DNA of 64,000 nucleotides from Candidatus Nomurabacteria bacterium (GTDB taxonomy: Bacteria > Patescibacteriota > Minisyncoccia > Phycocordibacterales > UBA918): NCBI GenBank assembly GCA_020632155.1, contig JACKGE010000001.1, forward strand, positions 156,011 through 220,010, given 5' to 3'. Shown here in pieces: positions 36,612 through 47,336 of the stretch. The first letter of the stretch is position 1; the number at the start of each line of letters is the position of its first letter. The translations under genes and the position numbers were made by a program. The notes under the pieces are model-generated. The model searched no databases. It saw only the letters and a list, made by a program, of their open reading frames with translations, and was not told the origin of the DNA.

Positions 36612-38602
36612 ATGAGCACGCACACGAGTATGCAGTAATGTGCGATACTTATAGACACATGGGACAGCAAACGCTACAAAAACTGCGTACGTTTCAGGCT
36701 GATTTTGCGCGCCTTCGTAGCAATCTTGACGAGTCATTACCTGAAGCAAAACCCGCACCTAAGAAAGAGCCCCTCCAAGAGGAGCCGCTTCGTTCTGATC
36801 ACTTGATCAAATCTGCACCAGTGACACCAAAAGCGGTCCCTCCAAAACCAGCACCCATCTTGGCTCCATCACTAGTACCAGAAAAATTACCTCAAGCAAA
36901 AACACCAACACCAGAGCCACTCGTCACTCCCATTCATGATGTTACCCCTCCTGCGAAGCCAGAAAAACTGGAATCAAAAATGGCCACTCCGGCTTTTGAC
37001 ATGGACAAGCCGATTCTGCAAAGAGATCGTCGTTCACTTTTAACAAACAACAAGACTCTCAATGTCAGTCATATTGAGGACATGGGTGTTGAGGAGGGAA
37101 GTATCATCACTGACACCAAGCGACACAAACAACATTTGCTTCCGGCTATATGGCATTCATTCACGCGATGGTTTGGAGAACAAAAAGAAAAATTGGCGCA
37201 GTTACAAACATCAGAGCCACTTGTAACTCCTGCCACTGAACGGCGAGAGACGGTCAGAACTGCCGCCAAGCGTAGCACCCTCGCACCACGTGACGATTTT
37301 GCTACGGTAGCCAAACGAATGGGAGATGTGCAGCGGTCTGAGAGACCAACGGAACTTACTGTAAAAACTGAGAACTCTGTAGAGTCGGTTCACTGGGCCT
37401 ACGCTGAGGAAGAAACAGATGGGGCTGAAGCTGAGACAGAAGCGCTCGCGCACCCAGCACAAGAACAAGTTATCAAGGAACTCGAGGTAGTATCGTCGCC
37501 ACATCGAGCTATTTACAATCGACTGCCTGAGAAACCACTTGTGGTCAAACCGGTCATGCAACCTGACGAGCGCCTACCCGACCAATCACTGGAACCAGTG
37601 GCAGACATACCAAAGACAAAAGACCAAGCACTAGAGGAAGAGCTGGTGGAGGAACCGGCAGAAAGTGCAAAACAGTTGCAGGAACCTGTTGTTGCTCCTC
37701 TCCCAGAGATCGAATCAGTATCTGAGCCAGTTCCCCCGGCAGTAGAACCTGAGGAAGAATCCGCCTTCTCGCGGGACGAAGAAGACATCTCTCAAGAAGC
37801 TGAGGAAGAGGTGTTATTAGAGTCTGCGCCAGAACCAATACCAGCACTTGACCTACGTCCCCAAGCAGCTGTCCTAGCTGAAGCGCCACAACAGAACTTT
37901 AAACCGCTCTTGCCTTCACGGACGGTTATTATTGCGGTGAGCGTTTTGGCTACGTTACTCGGTATCACTACCGCCTACACACTACTTGGCAAACGTGACA
38001 GTGCGGTCGTGATAGTCAACACGAGCACTGCTGACCACCTCATTCGAGCTGACGAAGTAGCTGAGGTAGACCTTGGCAGCGACCGTGTCACATTCCTAGA
38101 AACTATCAAAAGCACCCGGCCGAGTAGCATACACACCATCACTCTCATCGAACCATCTGTATCTGTTCAAGACGCAACTGTTGTCGCAAGTACGGATGAG
38201 CTACTCTCACTACTTGAGCCACACGCACCAAGTGGATTTCTGCGCAACATAACAGCTATGGATATGGGGCTATATGGTCAAGAGACACCGTTTATCATTA
38301 TGAAAGTAACCTCGTTTGATACGGCGCTCAGCGGTATGCTTGAGTGGGAACAAAGTATGAGTGCTGACTTAAGTCCACTGTTTGGATCACCGGTCACGGG
38401 AACATTCAGTGCTGACGCCCGAACAAACACCCAGACCGTAGCCCCGCACTTTGTGGATACGGTCGTTAATAACATGGACGTGCGACTGTTGCGCGACGTC
38501 TTTAACAAAGAGCGGATCATTTACTCGTTTATCGATCAGCAGACGATCTTGCTCACTACAACTCCAGAGGCCCTGGAAGCAATCACCCTGTACCTGCGTT
38601 AG
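36608..38602 (+). CDS. Hypothetical membrane protein: Pro/Glu-rich disordered N-terminal half, one TM, folded C-terminal domain
   Basis: Low-complexity PxP repeats; TM segment VIIAVSVLATLLGITTAYTLL; the start is more likely the internal Met (36638 or 36659), because 36608 lies inside the pnp hairpin. Confidence 0.5.
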   Translation: MYEHAHEYAVMCDTYRHMGQQTLQKLRTFQADFARLRSNLDESLPEAKPAPKKEPLQEEPLRSDHLIKSAPVTPKAVPPKPAPILAPSLVPEKLPQAKTPTPEPLVTPIHDVTPPAKPEKLESKMATPAFDMDKPILQRDRRSLLTNNKTLNVSHIEDMGVEEGSIITDTKRHKQHLLPAIWHSFTRWFGEQKEKLAQLQTSEPLVTPATERRETVRTAAKRSTLAPRDDFATVAKRMGDVQRSERPTELTVKTENSVESVHWAYAEEETDGAEAETEALAHPAQEQVIKELEVVSSPHRAIYNRLPEKPLVVKPVMQPDERLPDQSLEPVADIPKTKDQALEEELVEEPAESAKQLQEPVVAPLPEIESVSEPVPPAVEPEEESAFSRDEEDISQEAEEEVLLESAPEPIPALDLRPQAAVLAEAPQQNFKPLLPSRTVIIAVSVLATLLGITTAYTLLGKRDSAVVIVNTSTADHLIRADEVAEVDLGSDRVTFLETIKSTRPSSIHTITLIEPSVSVQDATVVASTDELLSLLEPHAPSGFLRNITAMDMGLYGQETPFIIMKVTSFDTALSGMLEWEQSMSADLSPLFGSPVTGTFSADARTNTQTVAPHFVDTVVNNMDVRLLRDVFNKERIIYSFIDQQTILLTTTPEALEAITLYLR

Positions 38603-38621
38603 CTCGTGCTATAATCGCGCT

Positions 38622-39002
38622 ATGAATAACGACTATACGGAGCACAAAACAGCCCTTGAAAATGAGCTGTCTATGCTAACAACTGAGCTTGCAGGACTTG
38701 GTATTCAAGACCCGCACAATCCAGCCGACTGGATTGCCAAGCCAGATAGTGAGACCGGTGGCGAGCCTGACCCTAATGATGTTGCCGACCGCACCGAGGA
38801 CTGGGATGAGCGACGTGCCACCGTCGCACTCCTTGAGACTCGTTTTAACAACATCACCCGCGCCCTTAATAAATTTAATACGGGTACGTACGGCGTCTGT
38901 GAGATATCTGGTGAACCCATTGAAGCAGACCGACTAGCAGCTAACCCAGCGGCCCGAACTTGTAAAAAACATTTAGAAGCCGAGTCAGACCTACCGGCAT
39001 AA
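38622..39002 (+). CDS. DksA/TraR-family protein (general stress protein 16O-like; zinc finger partly degenerate)
   Basis: C-terminal GVCEISGEPIEADRLAANPAARTC; TATAAT 7 nt upstream of the ATG (leaderless); the ORF-track start at 38451 is rejected. Confidence 0.5.
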   Translation: MNNDYTEHKTALENELSMLTTELAGLGIQDPHNPADWIAKPDSETGGEPDPNDVADRTEDWDERRATVALLETRFNNITRALNKFNTGTYGVCEISGEPIEADRLAANPAARTCKKHLEAESDLPA

Positions 39003-40519
39003 TGTCAGTAGCCCAAGTACATACTGCTCAACCCGGTGTACTTAGGGGTGACCTCGTCACCATTGAAGCAGACCTCTCTCGGGGTCTGCATTCGTTTACC
39101 ATTGTTGGCCTTGCAGGAAAAGCCGTCGACGAAGCCAAAGACCGTGTCAGTGCCGCTATTAAAAATAGCGGCTTCCCCTCACCAAAAAGCAAGAACCAAA
39201 AGATTACCATCTCACTGGCTCCCGGTGATCTTAAAAAGGAAGGGCCACTCTATGACCTGCCAATCGCTATCGCCTATCTGCGTGCTGCTGATGAACTGAA
39301 AATAAACACGACTGGTATGGCATTTTTCGGTGAATTATCTCTTAGTGGTGATGTGCGCCCCATCAAAGGAACGTTGACCGCTGTACAAGCAGTCCGTGAC
39401 GCGGGCATAGAGACCGTCTTTGTGCCAAGCGAAAATGCCCGAGAAGCAGCACTAGTCACCGGAGTGAATGTGTACCCGATTGAGAGCCTGCTGCAACTAA
39501 TACAACATCTCGACGTAGACCGAACTGACCATGCACAAATCATGCCAGTGCCAGCGACCACGATTGAAGCACGGTGGTCAAAGGCACACGTACGTCTTGA
39601 GGACATCAAAGGGCAGCAGTCTGCCAAACGCGGAATGCTGATTGCTGCTGCTGGCAGACACAACGCTCTTCTGGTTGGACCGCCGGGGACCGGTAAGACC
39701 ATGCTGGCCAAGGCTCTTCAAGGCATTTTGCCGCCTCTTTCGCAAGACGAAGCACTTGAGGTCCTCGGTATCCATTCACTGGTCGGGACACTTACTGGTG
39801 AGGTCAGCAGTGTGCCGCCGTTTCGCGCACCTCATCACACCGCTTCACATACCGCCTTGGTGGGCGGGGGTACCCATCCGCGTCCCGGCGAAGTAACCCT
39901 AGCCCACAATGGTGTGCTGTTTATGGATGAATTTGCTGAGTTTGAACGTCGCAGTCTTGATGCTCTTCGACAACCACTTGAAGACAGGGTGGTATCCATT
40001 TCGCGCGTACAGGGCAGCTCTACGTTTCCGGCAGACTTCATGCTCATTGCAGCACTTAATCCGTACCGAGGTAGCGAAGATGGTAGTAGCAATTATGCGG
40101 CCGCTATGTTTGAGACCTATAAACACAAAGTCTCTGGACCAGTACTTGACCGTATCGATCTGTGGCTCACCGTGCCGCACCTTGACCATGAAACACTAGC
40201 AAACCAAGTGGAAGAGTCGGGGCAGACTGACAAAGCGCGTGAGCAGATACTGCAAGCGCGGGAGCGTCAGGTGGCGCGGTTATCTGGTCGCGGCGTACGG
40301 ACCAACGCGACTATGACCGCTCGTGACCTCGAAGAAATCATTGAGCTGAGTGCCGAAGTAAAAGAGCTTTTAACCGCTTCGGCCCAAAAACTTAACCTCT
40401 CACCACGTAGTTACCATCGCCTCATTAAAGTCGCGCGTACCATTGCCGATCTCGACAATAAAGACGATATTGAAGCGTCACACATACTTGAAGCCTTGCA
40501 GTATCGAGTGAAAGTGTAA
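39002..40519 (+). CDS. comM: YifB/ComM-family Mg-chelatase-like AAA+ ATPase
   Basis: N-terminal Lon-like domain, Walker A LLVGPPGTGKTMLAKAL and the C-terminal ChlI-like region. Confidence 0.85.
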   Translation: MSVAQVHTAQPGVLRGDLVTIEADLSRGLHSFTIVGLAGKAVDEAKDRVSAAIKNSGFPSPKSKNQKITISLAPGDLKKEGPLYDLPIAIAYLRAADELKINTTGMAFFGELSLSGDVRPIKGTLTAVQAVRDAGIETVFVPSENAREAALVTGVNVYPIESLLQLIQHLDVDRTDHAQIMPVPATTIEARWSKAHVRLEDIKGQQSAKRGMLIAAAGRHNALLVGPPGTGKTMLAKALQGILPPLSQDEALEVLGIHSLVGTLTGEVSSVPPFRAPHHTASHTALVGGGTHPRPGEVTLAHNGVLFMDEFAEFERRSLDALRQPLEDRVVSISRVQGSSTFPADFMLIAALNPYRGSEDGSSNYAAAMFETYKHKVSGPVLDRIDLWLTVPHLDHETLANQVEESGQTDKAREQILQARERQVARLSGRGVRTNATMTARDLEEIIELSAEVKELLTASAQKLNLSPRSYHRLIKVARTIADLDNKDDIEASHILEALQYRVKV

Positions 40520-40667
40520 GGCCTCAATATAAAGGTAGCTAATCTTAAGTGGATAGGGACGAGCAACCCATTTTAAGATGATGTGCAAGGCGCGCAAGGA
40601 AAATACTGCGAGCCATACTAGTCGTATGGTGAACAGTATTTTACCGACGCGCAACGCAGCAGATCGC

Positions 40668-41681
40668 TTAAAATGGGTTGCTCGCGCCGCGGACCTCAAA
40701 GTGAAGGTGTGCCCCCGTCGACTTTCCAGTCATACCGACATACGCAATGGTCTCACCGGCCGCAACATAGGCACCAACACCAACGACATTAGAAGAAGTA
40801 TGAGCGTAAAGAGTTTGAGTGCCGTTTGGATGTTTGATGACCACATAGTTGCCGTACCCTCCATTCCAACCGGAAGATTTAGAAACAATGACCTCTCCTG
40901 CCGCAGCTGCGCGAATTGGAGTACCAACTGGTGCCGCTAGGTCAACTGCGTTGTAACCATGAATACCCTGAGTACGAACTGCTCCCGGTAGTGGGTGTGT
41001 GAAGTAACCGCCGCCGGCACTGCTACGAGTTGAACCACTAGCAGACGCTGCTACCTTGGTCGTAGTCTTTGGGGCCGCGGTGTGCATGTTACCGCCCGGA
41101 ATGATAAGGGTGGCACCAACAGTCAGTGAATCACTGGCAAGACGATTATATGAGCGAATCTCATCTGCATCTGCTTCGTACTTCTTGGCAACTGAGGCAA
41201 TGGTATCACCAGACTTAACAACATGTCGCACGCCAACAATCGGCAAAATGATGAGGGTATCGCCAGGCTGAACATTCTTTGGGTTACTAATGTCGTTGGC
41301 CCAGAGGATGGTGTTGGTGGTCACATCAAACATCTCCGCAATCTCTGAAAGGGAATCGCCTTCTCGAACAACGTACACGCTTATCTCACCCGACGTATCT
41401 TTAGACTCAACATCATCAGGGCCAAACGGGCCGCTTGGCAACAGCGCACCATCGTCGACAATGATATCGCCGCCGCCAAGTGCTGAGCTTGGATCTGGAT
41501 TATTGTGCGCAGAGAGTAGTTTAACGTCTGCGGCGCTCGGGGTACTGACAACAATTGGGTCAGCGGCCACTGCTTCTTCGCCAAAGATGCTAACGAGGGA
41601 GGTGAGTACCCCAGCATGCACGGAAAAGGGAATCAATACGACCAGAAGTAGTGGCATCACTTCAGCAAAAACCATGCGCAA
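40668..41681 (-). CDS. M23-family metallopeptidase with two LysM domains
   Basis: LysM repeats (YVVREGDSLSEIAEMF…; HVVKSGDTIASVAKKY…) and the M23 HxxxD/HxH region (…YGNYVVIKHPNGTQTLYAHTS…GAHLHFEV). Confidence 0.8.
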   Translation of the reverse strand: MRMVFAEVMPLLLVVLIPFSVHAGVLTSLVSIFGEEAVAADPIVVSTPSAADVKLLSAHNNPDPSSALGGGDIIVDDGALLPSGPFGPDDVESKDTSGEISVYVVREGDSLSEIAEMFDVTTNTILWANDISNPKNVQPGDTLIILPIVGVRHVVKSGDTIASVAKKYEADADEIRSYNRLASDSLTVGATLIIPGGNMHTAAPKTTTKVAASASGSTRSSAGGGYFTHPLPGAVRTQGIHGYNAVDLAAPVGTPIRAAAAGEVIVSKSSGWNGGYGNYVVIKHPNGTQTLYAHTSSNVVGVGAYVAAGETIAYVGMTGKSTGAHLHFEVRGASNPF

Positions 41682-42076
41682 TAGCGGGTTTTTGAAAACA
41701 GAATATGTAAACTGAGGTGTGGCAGTCTCTTCACTGCCGCGGGTTAACGAACCTTCAGAATCTGTAGATTTGGGTTGAATACGTCTTTTGTTAAGGACTC
41801 GCCGCCACTCTTGCCACTACGGTATCTAGCTTTCAAACAAAAAGAGCAACCAGTGCCCCTTCGCTACCGTATCCGGTATGGGCATAATGATACTAGCTCA
41901 GTGCCTGATGACAATTGACGTAATACACTTTTCAACGCTATGCAGGGAGCGGACAAAAATACCTAGGCTTTAGGCCGCCAAAAGTACTATTGACACTGTG
42001 GTGTTATCGTTGTGTTTTAACACTCTGTTGTGTGGCAACCAGCTACACCTGACCAGCAAGAAGGGCCTGTCGGTTC

Positions 42077-44053
42077 GTGGTAGTATGCCTGTCTAGACTC
42101 AAATACATGAATTACCTAGAGGGACTAAATGAGAAACAACGCGAAGCGGTACTCCATACTGACGGGCCACTACTTATATTGGCTGGCGCCGGCTCTGGAA
42201 AGACGCGAGTTATCACTCATCGCATCGTGCACCTTATTCATCAGGGTATAGCTCCGCACAATATCCTAGCGGTGACCTTCACCAACAAAGCCGCGCGGGA
42301 AATGCGGGACCGTGTCGAAGATCTTATCCGCACCTTTCCTCCAACCGAGCGGGCGGCCATTGACTCACTACCGATAGTGACCACCTTTCACTCGTTTGGT
42401 GTACGGGTCTTGCGTGAGTTTCACGAACTGCTCGGACTACCACGACACTTTGTCATCTATGACCGCAGTGACAGCGTTAAGGCAGTAAAACGTGCTCTCG
42501 AGGAAGCTGGCTACAGTCCCAAGCAATTCGAGCCACGCCGCATCCTTGGCATAATCTCACGGGCAAAAGGAGACGCCCTTTCGCAAGTTGATTTTGCTGA
42601 CGGTGCCAACTCATACCCCGACCGCGTAGCCGCTGAGGTCTGGCTGCGCTACGACGCTATCTTAAAAACTGAAAAGGCCCTCGACTTTGACGATCTCTTG
42701 AGTAAAACACTGGGCTTGCTAACAGCACATCCAGATGTACAAAGGCAATTGCAAAATCGGTATAGGTATCTCCATATTGACGAATATCAAGACACTAATC
42801 GGGTCCAGTTTGAGATTGCCAAGAAGCTAACGACCGAGCAGGCAAACATCTGTGTCGTGGGTGACATTGATCAGAATATTTATTCATGGCGCGGAGCTGA
42901 TATCAAAAACGTACTTCAGTTTGAACAACACTTTCCCAAGGCCACTACGATACTCCTTGAAGAAAACTATCGCTCCACTAAAACCATCATTGCCGCCTCA
43001 AACGACATCATTGCACAGAACCGTAACCGCGTTGAGAAGACTGTTTTCACCAATAATCTTGATGGGGAGAAGATCACCCTCTACGCCGCCATGACCGGCA
43101 CTGATGAAGCGGAGTATGTAGCACTCACCACTCGCTCACTTATTGCTGACGGTGCATCACCATCACACATCGCAGTTTTGTTCCGGACTAACTTCCAGTC
43201 ACGTTCACTTGAAGAAGCGTTCTTGGCCTTTGACGTTCCGTATCAGGTACTCGGTACGAAATTCTTTGAGCGCAAAGAGGTAAAAGATGTGTTGTCGTTT
43301 TTACGCCTTGCACTTAACCCTGACACAACTGCTGACCTTTCCCGCATCATCAATGTGCCGGCGCGTGGTATCGGCAAAGTAACCCTTCTTAAGATTATCG
43401 AAGGCAGGCGCGAAGACATTAGTGGCGCTACTCTAGAGAAGGTACATCGTTTTGATACCATGATGATCGACATTGCAGATCATGCTCGTACCGAAACTGT
43501 ATCTGAGACCCTTCGTTTCATAATCAAACGAACCGGTATTGAGACTGATCTTAGGAAGAGTGGCACCGAGGATGACCTCATGCGTCTTGAAAACCTGCGT
43601 GAACTTGTTTCGCTCGCAACGCGTTACGACGAGCATGGCCCTGAGGAAGGAGTTGAGCTGCTACTCTCTGACGCGGCTCTCCAGAGTGACCAAGATGAAC
43701 TGAAAGCCAAAGAAGAGCAAGATGCGGTCCGCCTTATGACCGTACACGCCGCCAAAGGTCTCGAGTTTCCGTACGTCTTTGTGACCGGTTTAGAAGAAGG
43801 TCTTTTTCCGCATGAGCGACTTGACGATAAAGGTGTCGACCACGAAGAAGAACGTCGACTCTTTTATGTCGCACTAACCCGCGCCGAGAAAAAAGTGTTT
43901 CTCACCTACGCCAATACCCGAACCATCTTTGGCAGCCAGCGGGTTAACGTGCCGTCATCATTTTTGCGTGACATTGCTGATGAACACATCGAGGGCGATG
44001 GTCTTAGCGGGGGTAGTGAGTCCGGTTTTGAGCGAACCATCTTTCTCGACTGA
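42077..44053 (+). CDS. pcrA: UvrD/PcrA-type superfamily 1 DNA helicase
   Basis: Helicase motifs I (AGAGSGKT), II (DEYQDTN) and the downstream motifs. Confidence 0.85.
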   Translation: MVVCLSRLKYMNYLEGLNEKQREAVLHTDGPLLILAGAGSGKTRVITHRIVHLIHQGIAPHNILAVTFTNKAAREMRDRVEDLIRTFPPTERAAIDSLPIVTTFHSFGVRVLREFHELLGLPRHFVIYDRSDSVKAVKRALEEAGYSPKQFEPRRILGIISRAKGDALSQVDFADGANSYPDRVAAEVWLRYDAILKTEKALDFDDLLSKTLGLLTAHPDVQRQLQNRYRYLHIDEYQDTNRVQFEIAKKLTTEQANICVVGDIDQNIYSWRGADIKNVLQFEQHFPKATTILLEENYRSTKTIIAASNDIIAQNRNRVEKTVFTNNLDGEKITLYAAMTGTDEAEYVALTTRSLIADGASPSHIAVLFRTNFQSRSLEEAFLAFDVPYQVLGTKFFERKEVKDVLSFLRLALNPDTTADLSRIINVPARGIGKVTLLKIIEGRREDISGATLEKVHRFDTMMIDIADHARTETVSETLRFIIKRTGIETDLRKSGTEDDLMRLENLRELVSLATRYDEHGPEEGVELLLSDAALQSDQDELKAKEEQDAVRLMTVHAAKGLEFPYVFVTGLEEGLFPHERLDDKGVDHEEERRLFYVALTRAEKKVFLTYANTRTIFGSQRVNVPSSFLRDIADEHIEGDGLSGGSESGFERTIFLD

Positions 44054-44090
44054 GCATTGCGCTGGGACAAAAAATCAGTAGTCTACTCCT

Positions 44091-44900
44091 ATGACGTTTC
44101 TACACAAAAAAAGCCTTGGTCAAAATTTTCTTAATAGTCCGGTCGTGCCAAAGGCGATGTGTGACGCCGCTGCCGTCAGTGCTGGTGAGACCGTGGTGGA
44201 AATAGGCCCCGGAACTGGCGCTTTGACCGCAGAACTACTCGAGCGCGGCGCCTGTGTGATTGCCCTTGAGGCTGACGAGCGTGCTATCGAGGTGTTGCGC
44301 GAACGCTTTGCATCTGTCTGTGAAACCGGCCAGCTCACCGTCCTTCACTATGATGTGCGGGATTGGAATCCGGACACGTTTCTCACTTCCGACCAGCCGT
44401 TTAAGGTGGTGGCAAATATTCCTTATTATCTCTCTGGGTTCTTGTTTCGCTCGGTACTCAGCTGTGAGCGTCAGCCGAACTGCCTAGTATTCCTCGTCCA
44501 AAAGGAGGTAGCTAAGCGGGCTGCCAGCAGTCACGCACACGGTGAGAAAGAATCACTCCTTTCTCTTTCCGTTCAGGCCTACGGCAAGCCAGAGTACGTT
44601 CGAGCAGTTTCTAAAAGCCATTTCACGCCCGCGCCAAAAGTCGATTCGGGCATCATTGCGGTGCGGAACATCAGTCGGGATAAGCTAACTGACATCGACG
44701 AAGAACTATTCTTTACCATATTACATCTGGGCTTTGGGCAAAAACGTAAGCAGCTCCTCGGCAATTTAGCCGCCACCTATAGTAGGGAAGAACTTATACA
44801 CAGTTTCTCCACACTATCCCTCGATCCCACTGTTCGGGCGGAAGACATGCCCTTAGAAAAATGGCTAGCGCTCACGCGTCTGTTAGCTACACACGGGTAA
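44091..44900 (+). CDS. rsmA: 16S rRNA (adenine1518/1519-N6)-dimethyltransferase
   Basis: LGQNFL…VVEIGPGTGALT… KsgA signature. Confidence 0.85.
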   Translation: MTFLHKKSLGQNFLNSPVVPKAMCDAAAVSAGETVVEIGPGTGALTAELLERGACVIALEADERAIEVLRERFASVCETGQLTVLHYDVRDWNPDTFLTSDQPFKVVANIPYYLSGFLFRSVLSCERQPNCLVFLVQKEVAKRAASSHAHGEKESLLSLSVQAYGKPEYVRAVSKSHFTPAPKVDSGIIAVRNISRDKLTDIDEELFFTILHLGFGQKRKQLLGNLAATYSREELIHSFSTLSLDPTVRAEDMPLEKWLALTRLLATHG

Positions 44901-45006
44901 TACCCTATCTTTCCACTCTTTGTACACAGACTGTACGTAGGTTAATCACAGGCCTGTTTACCGATACATATATTAGCTAGAGCTGACTGGTATACTGATA
45001 CTACCA

Positions 45007-45876
45007 ATGATTATGGGGGCCCAGAAAAGAATATTGCTGGCAGTCGTTTTTGCTGTGTGTGTAATAGGTGGTTCGTGGTGGCTATCACTCCACAGTCAGA
45101 ATGACACCCTCGGCGAACTTAACGCCGGTTCCGGAGACAGCTCAAACGTAACTTTGCCGGATGACCTTGATCTTAGTACCCTGATAAATACTAACTGGAG
45201 AGAGCATCTAGCTACTGCAAACTTGGCAACATCCTCCAGCAATAGCGCTCCTGAGACTATAACCGATCGCTACGCAGTAACGCTTCTTGAGCGCATCATG
45301 AATTCACATATGAATGGCGCCACGGAGGCACCTGTCTCTGACATCGTGCAGCAATCCCTCAGTGAATTAGAGCAAGCGGTAGCAGATGTACCGTTCACCA
45401 ACACAGACGTGCAAGTGACCAAGGACATCTCCCAAGCCAGCCTCAAACGGTATGGCAATGCCATCATGCAGATTACTCTCAACCATCCCTCACCATACGA
45501 AACAGCGGGCGATGAGCTCGACATTTTGACTAAGGCAGATGCAAGCGGCAATGCGGATGACTTACTGCCACTTCAAGACCATGTCGACTACATGAACAAC
45601 ATTATTCGCGATACAGCTGCGCTTGAGGTTCCAATCATCTACCTAGGTGATCAACTTGCTATTTTGAATGCTTATCAAGCACACTTAAACGACCTGCGGG
45701 CCATGCAGTCAGTATTTAATGACCCGCTATTAACAATTGCTCGACTGCGTTATTACGAAGAAAACAATGCTGCCATATATAATGCATATACTAATCTTTA
45801 TAATCGTATGTACTTAAATGGGGTGCGGTGGAACATATCTGATGTCGCCAGCCAATTCGTAGAAACACGAGAATGA
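45007..45876 (+). CDS. Hypothetical N-terminally anchored extracytoplasmic protein; first gene of the T4SS-like operon
   Basis: TM segment LLAVVFAVCVIGGSWW; the stop overlaps the next start (ATGA). Confidence 0.5.
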   Translation: MIMGAQKRILLAVVFAVCVIGGSWWLSLHSQNDTLGELNAGSGDSSNVTLPDDLDLSTLINTNWREHLATANLATSSSNSAPETITDRYAVTLLERIMNSHMNGATEAPVSDIVQQSLSELEQAVADVPFTNTDVQVTKDISQASLKRYGNAIMQITLNHPSPYETAGDELDILTKADASGNADDLLPLQDHVDYMNNIIRDTAALEVPIIYLGDQLAILNAYQAHLNDLRAMQSVFNDPLLTIARLRYYEENNAAIYNAYTNLYNRMYLNGVRWNISDVASQFVETRE

Positions 45877-47336
45877 TCATGTTACGTTTTCACAAAAAAT
45901 TAACAAGTCTACTACTGGTAACGCTGTTGGTGTACAGTGGGCTTTCGTTCTCTCCACACTCAGCTGAGGCAGTTGTGCAAGTGGATGTAAGGTCTACAAT
46001 CCTCAAAGGACCGGTAGATCAGATCAATTCAAATACCCAGAATATCTATCAACTTCTAAACAATATTTGGAAAAAGGAGTCTGTTGATGACCCCGCGGCT
46101 TGGAACCGTTCCAAAGATGCTGCTCGCCAACTAACCGGACGAATGCTTGTGCAGGTCGCTTCCGGCTTTGACGGCTCACCGACCTTTGTGGTGAATCTCT
46201 CAATCTTTATGCAAAAAGTGCAAGACCGAACTACCTACCAATTCATCCATAGTGACGATCTGGAAGGCATTAGTGATGCCTTTGAATTTCAGATCCGAGT
46301 GGCCGTTGCTGAGAGTTATGATAAACAACGTACCTATAAACCCAAGTCAACCATCGACGACCTGACTGGGAACCGCACACAGGACTTTTTTGCCGGCACC
46401 TACAATGAACCAAACTACCTACAGGTGTGGCTAGAGAGTACTGTTGGTGACCCATACAACGAACCCATACGAGCCGCTCTTGACGCTGAGGTACAAAGTG
46501 GCTTGCGCAACCTTGAGGTACTTAACACAGAGGTCAACAACAAACTGGATTGGAGTGAGGGGTACCTCACGATGCGCTGGTGTACCGAAACCCCGACCTC
46601 AACCGGCGGCGTGGAGCGTGACTGTTTTGACACGCAGCCTGGCTCGCTCGTCAAGCAGGGGGCGAATTACATTCTGGGTGAACTACCGGCCAGCATCTTG
46701 CTACAGGAGGATGAGATAAACGAAGGTATCAGTGAGACTTTCTCCGGTCTCAGTGCACAGATAATCGGCGGCGAGAACGGCCTTTTGGGCATTGGCTCCT
46801 CACCACTTAGTGTTAACACGTTTGGGACCGACGGCAGTTCATCGTATCTTGATGAACTTGTGGGACGCAGTGGTGGCACCGGACCGAGCACGTATTACAA
46901 CCCAATCGCTGAGTCACTTAAGGCTGAGATCGAGTTCGGCTCACTTCAGCAAGAGGTTCTTGATGAGGTGGAGCGAATTGAGGGACTCCTAGCAAGTAGT
47001 ACCGACCAGTATGGATACTGCTTTGCCATGACTCTTTCGAGCGATCTTGATGAGGCCAAGACTACAGCCGAAGACGCCCTTGATGCTTCCAAGACTGTAC
47101 GCCAGATACTCGAGCTTCTTAATGATGCGTTTCTCTCAGCGCCCGATCAGGCGAGTGCTGACCTAGTACTTGAACAATATAACCAACTAGATGATCAGGG
47201 GGTCTTTACTACCGAGATCGATAACGAAGAGTTTAAAAACTACTACCTCAACAGTGAGTTTAAGGCCATGGTCAATGAGTTTGAAAAGGGAATAGCCACG
47301 CAGCTTCTTAAATGTATTGACCAACCAACATCATGA
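45873..47336 (+). CDS. Hypothetical secreted protein (signal peptide), translationally coupled within the T4SS-like operon
   Basis: Signal peptide …LVYSGLSFSPHSAEA; overlaps both neighbours by 4 nt. Confidence 0.5.
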   Translation: MIMLRFHKKLTSLLLVTLLVYSGLSFSPHSAEAVVQVDVRSTILKGPVDQINSNTQNIYQLLNNIWKKESVDDPAAWNRSKDAARQLTGRMLVQVASGFDGSPTFVVNLSIFMQKVQDRTTYQFIHSDDLEGISDAFEFQIRVAVAESYDKQRTYKPKSTIDDLTGNRTQDFFAGTYNEPNYLQVWLESTVGDPYNEPIRAALDAEVQSGLRNLEVLNTEVNNKLDWSEGYLTMRWCTETPTSTGGVERDCFDTQPGSLVKQGANYILGELPASILLQEDEINEGISETFSGLSAQIIGGENGLLGIGSSPLSVNTFGTDGSSSYLDELVGRSGGTGPSTYYNPIAESLKAEIEFGSLQQEVLDEVERIEGLLASSTDQYGYCFAMTLSSDLDEAKTTAEDALDASKTVRQILELLNDAFLSAPDQASADLVLEQYNQLDDQGVFTTEIDNEEFKNYYLNSEFKAMVNEFEKGIATQLLKCIDQPTS

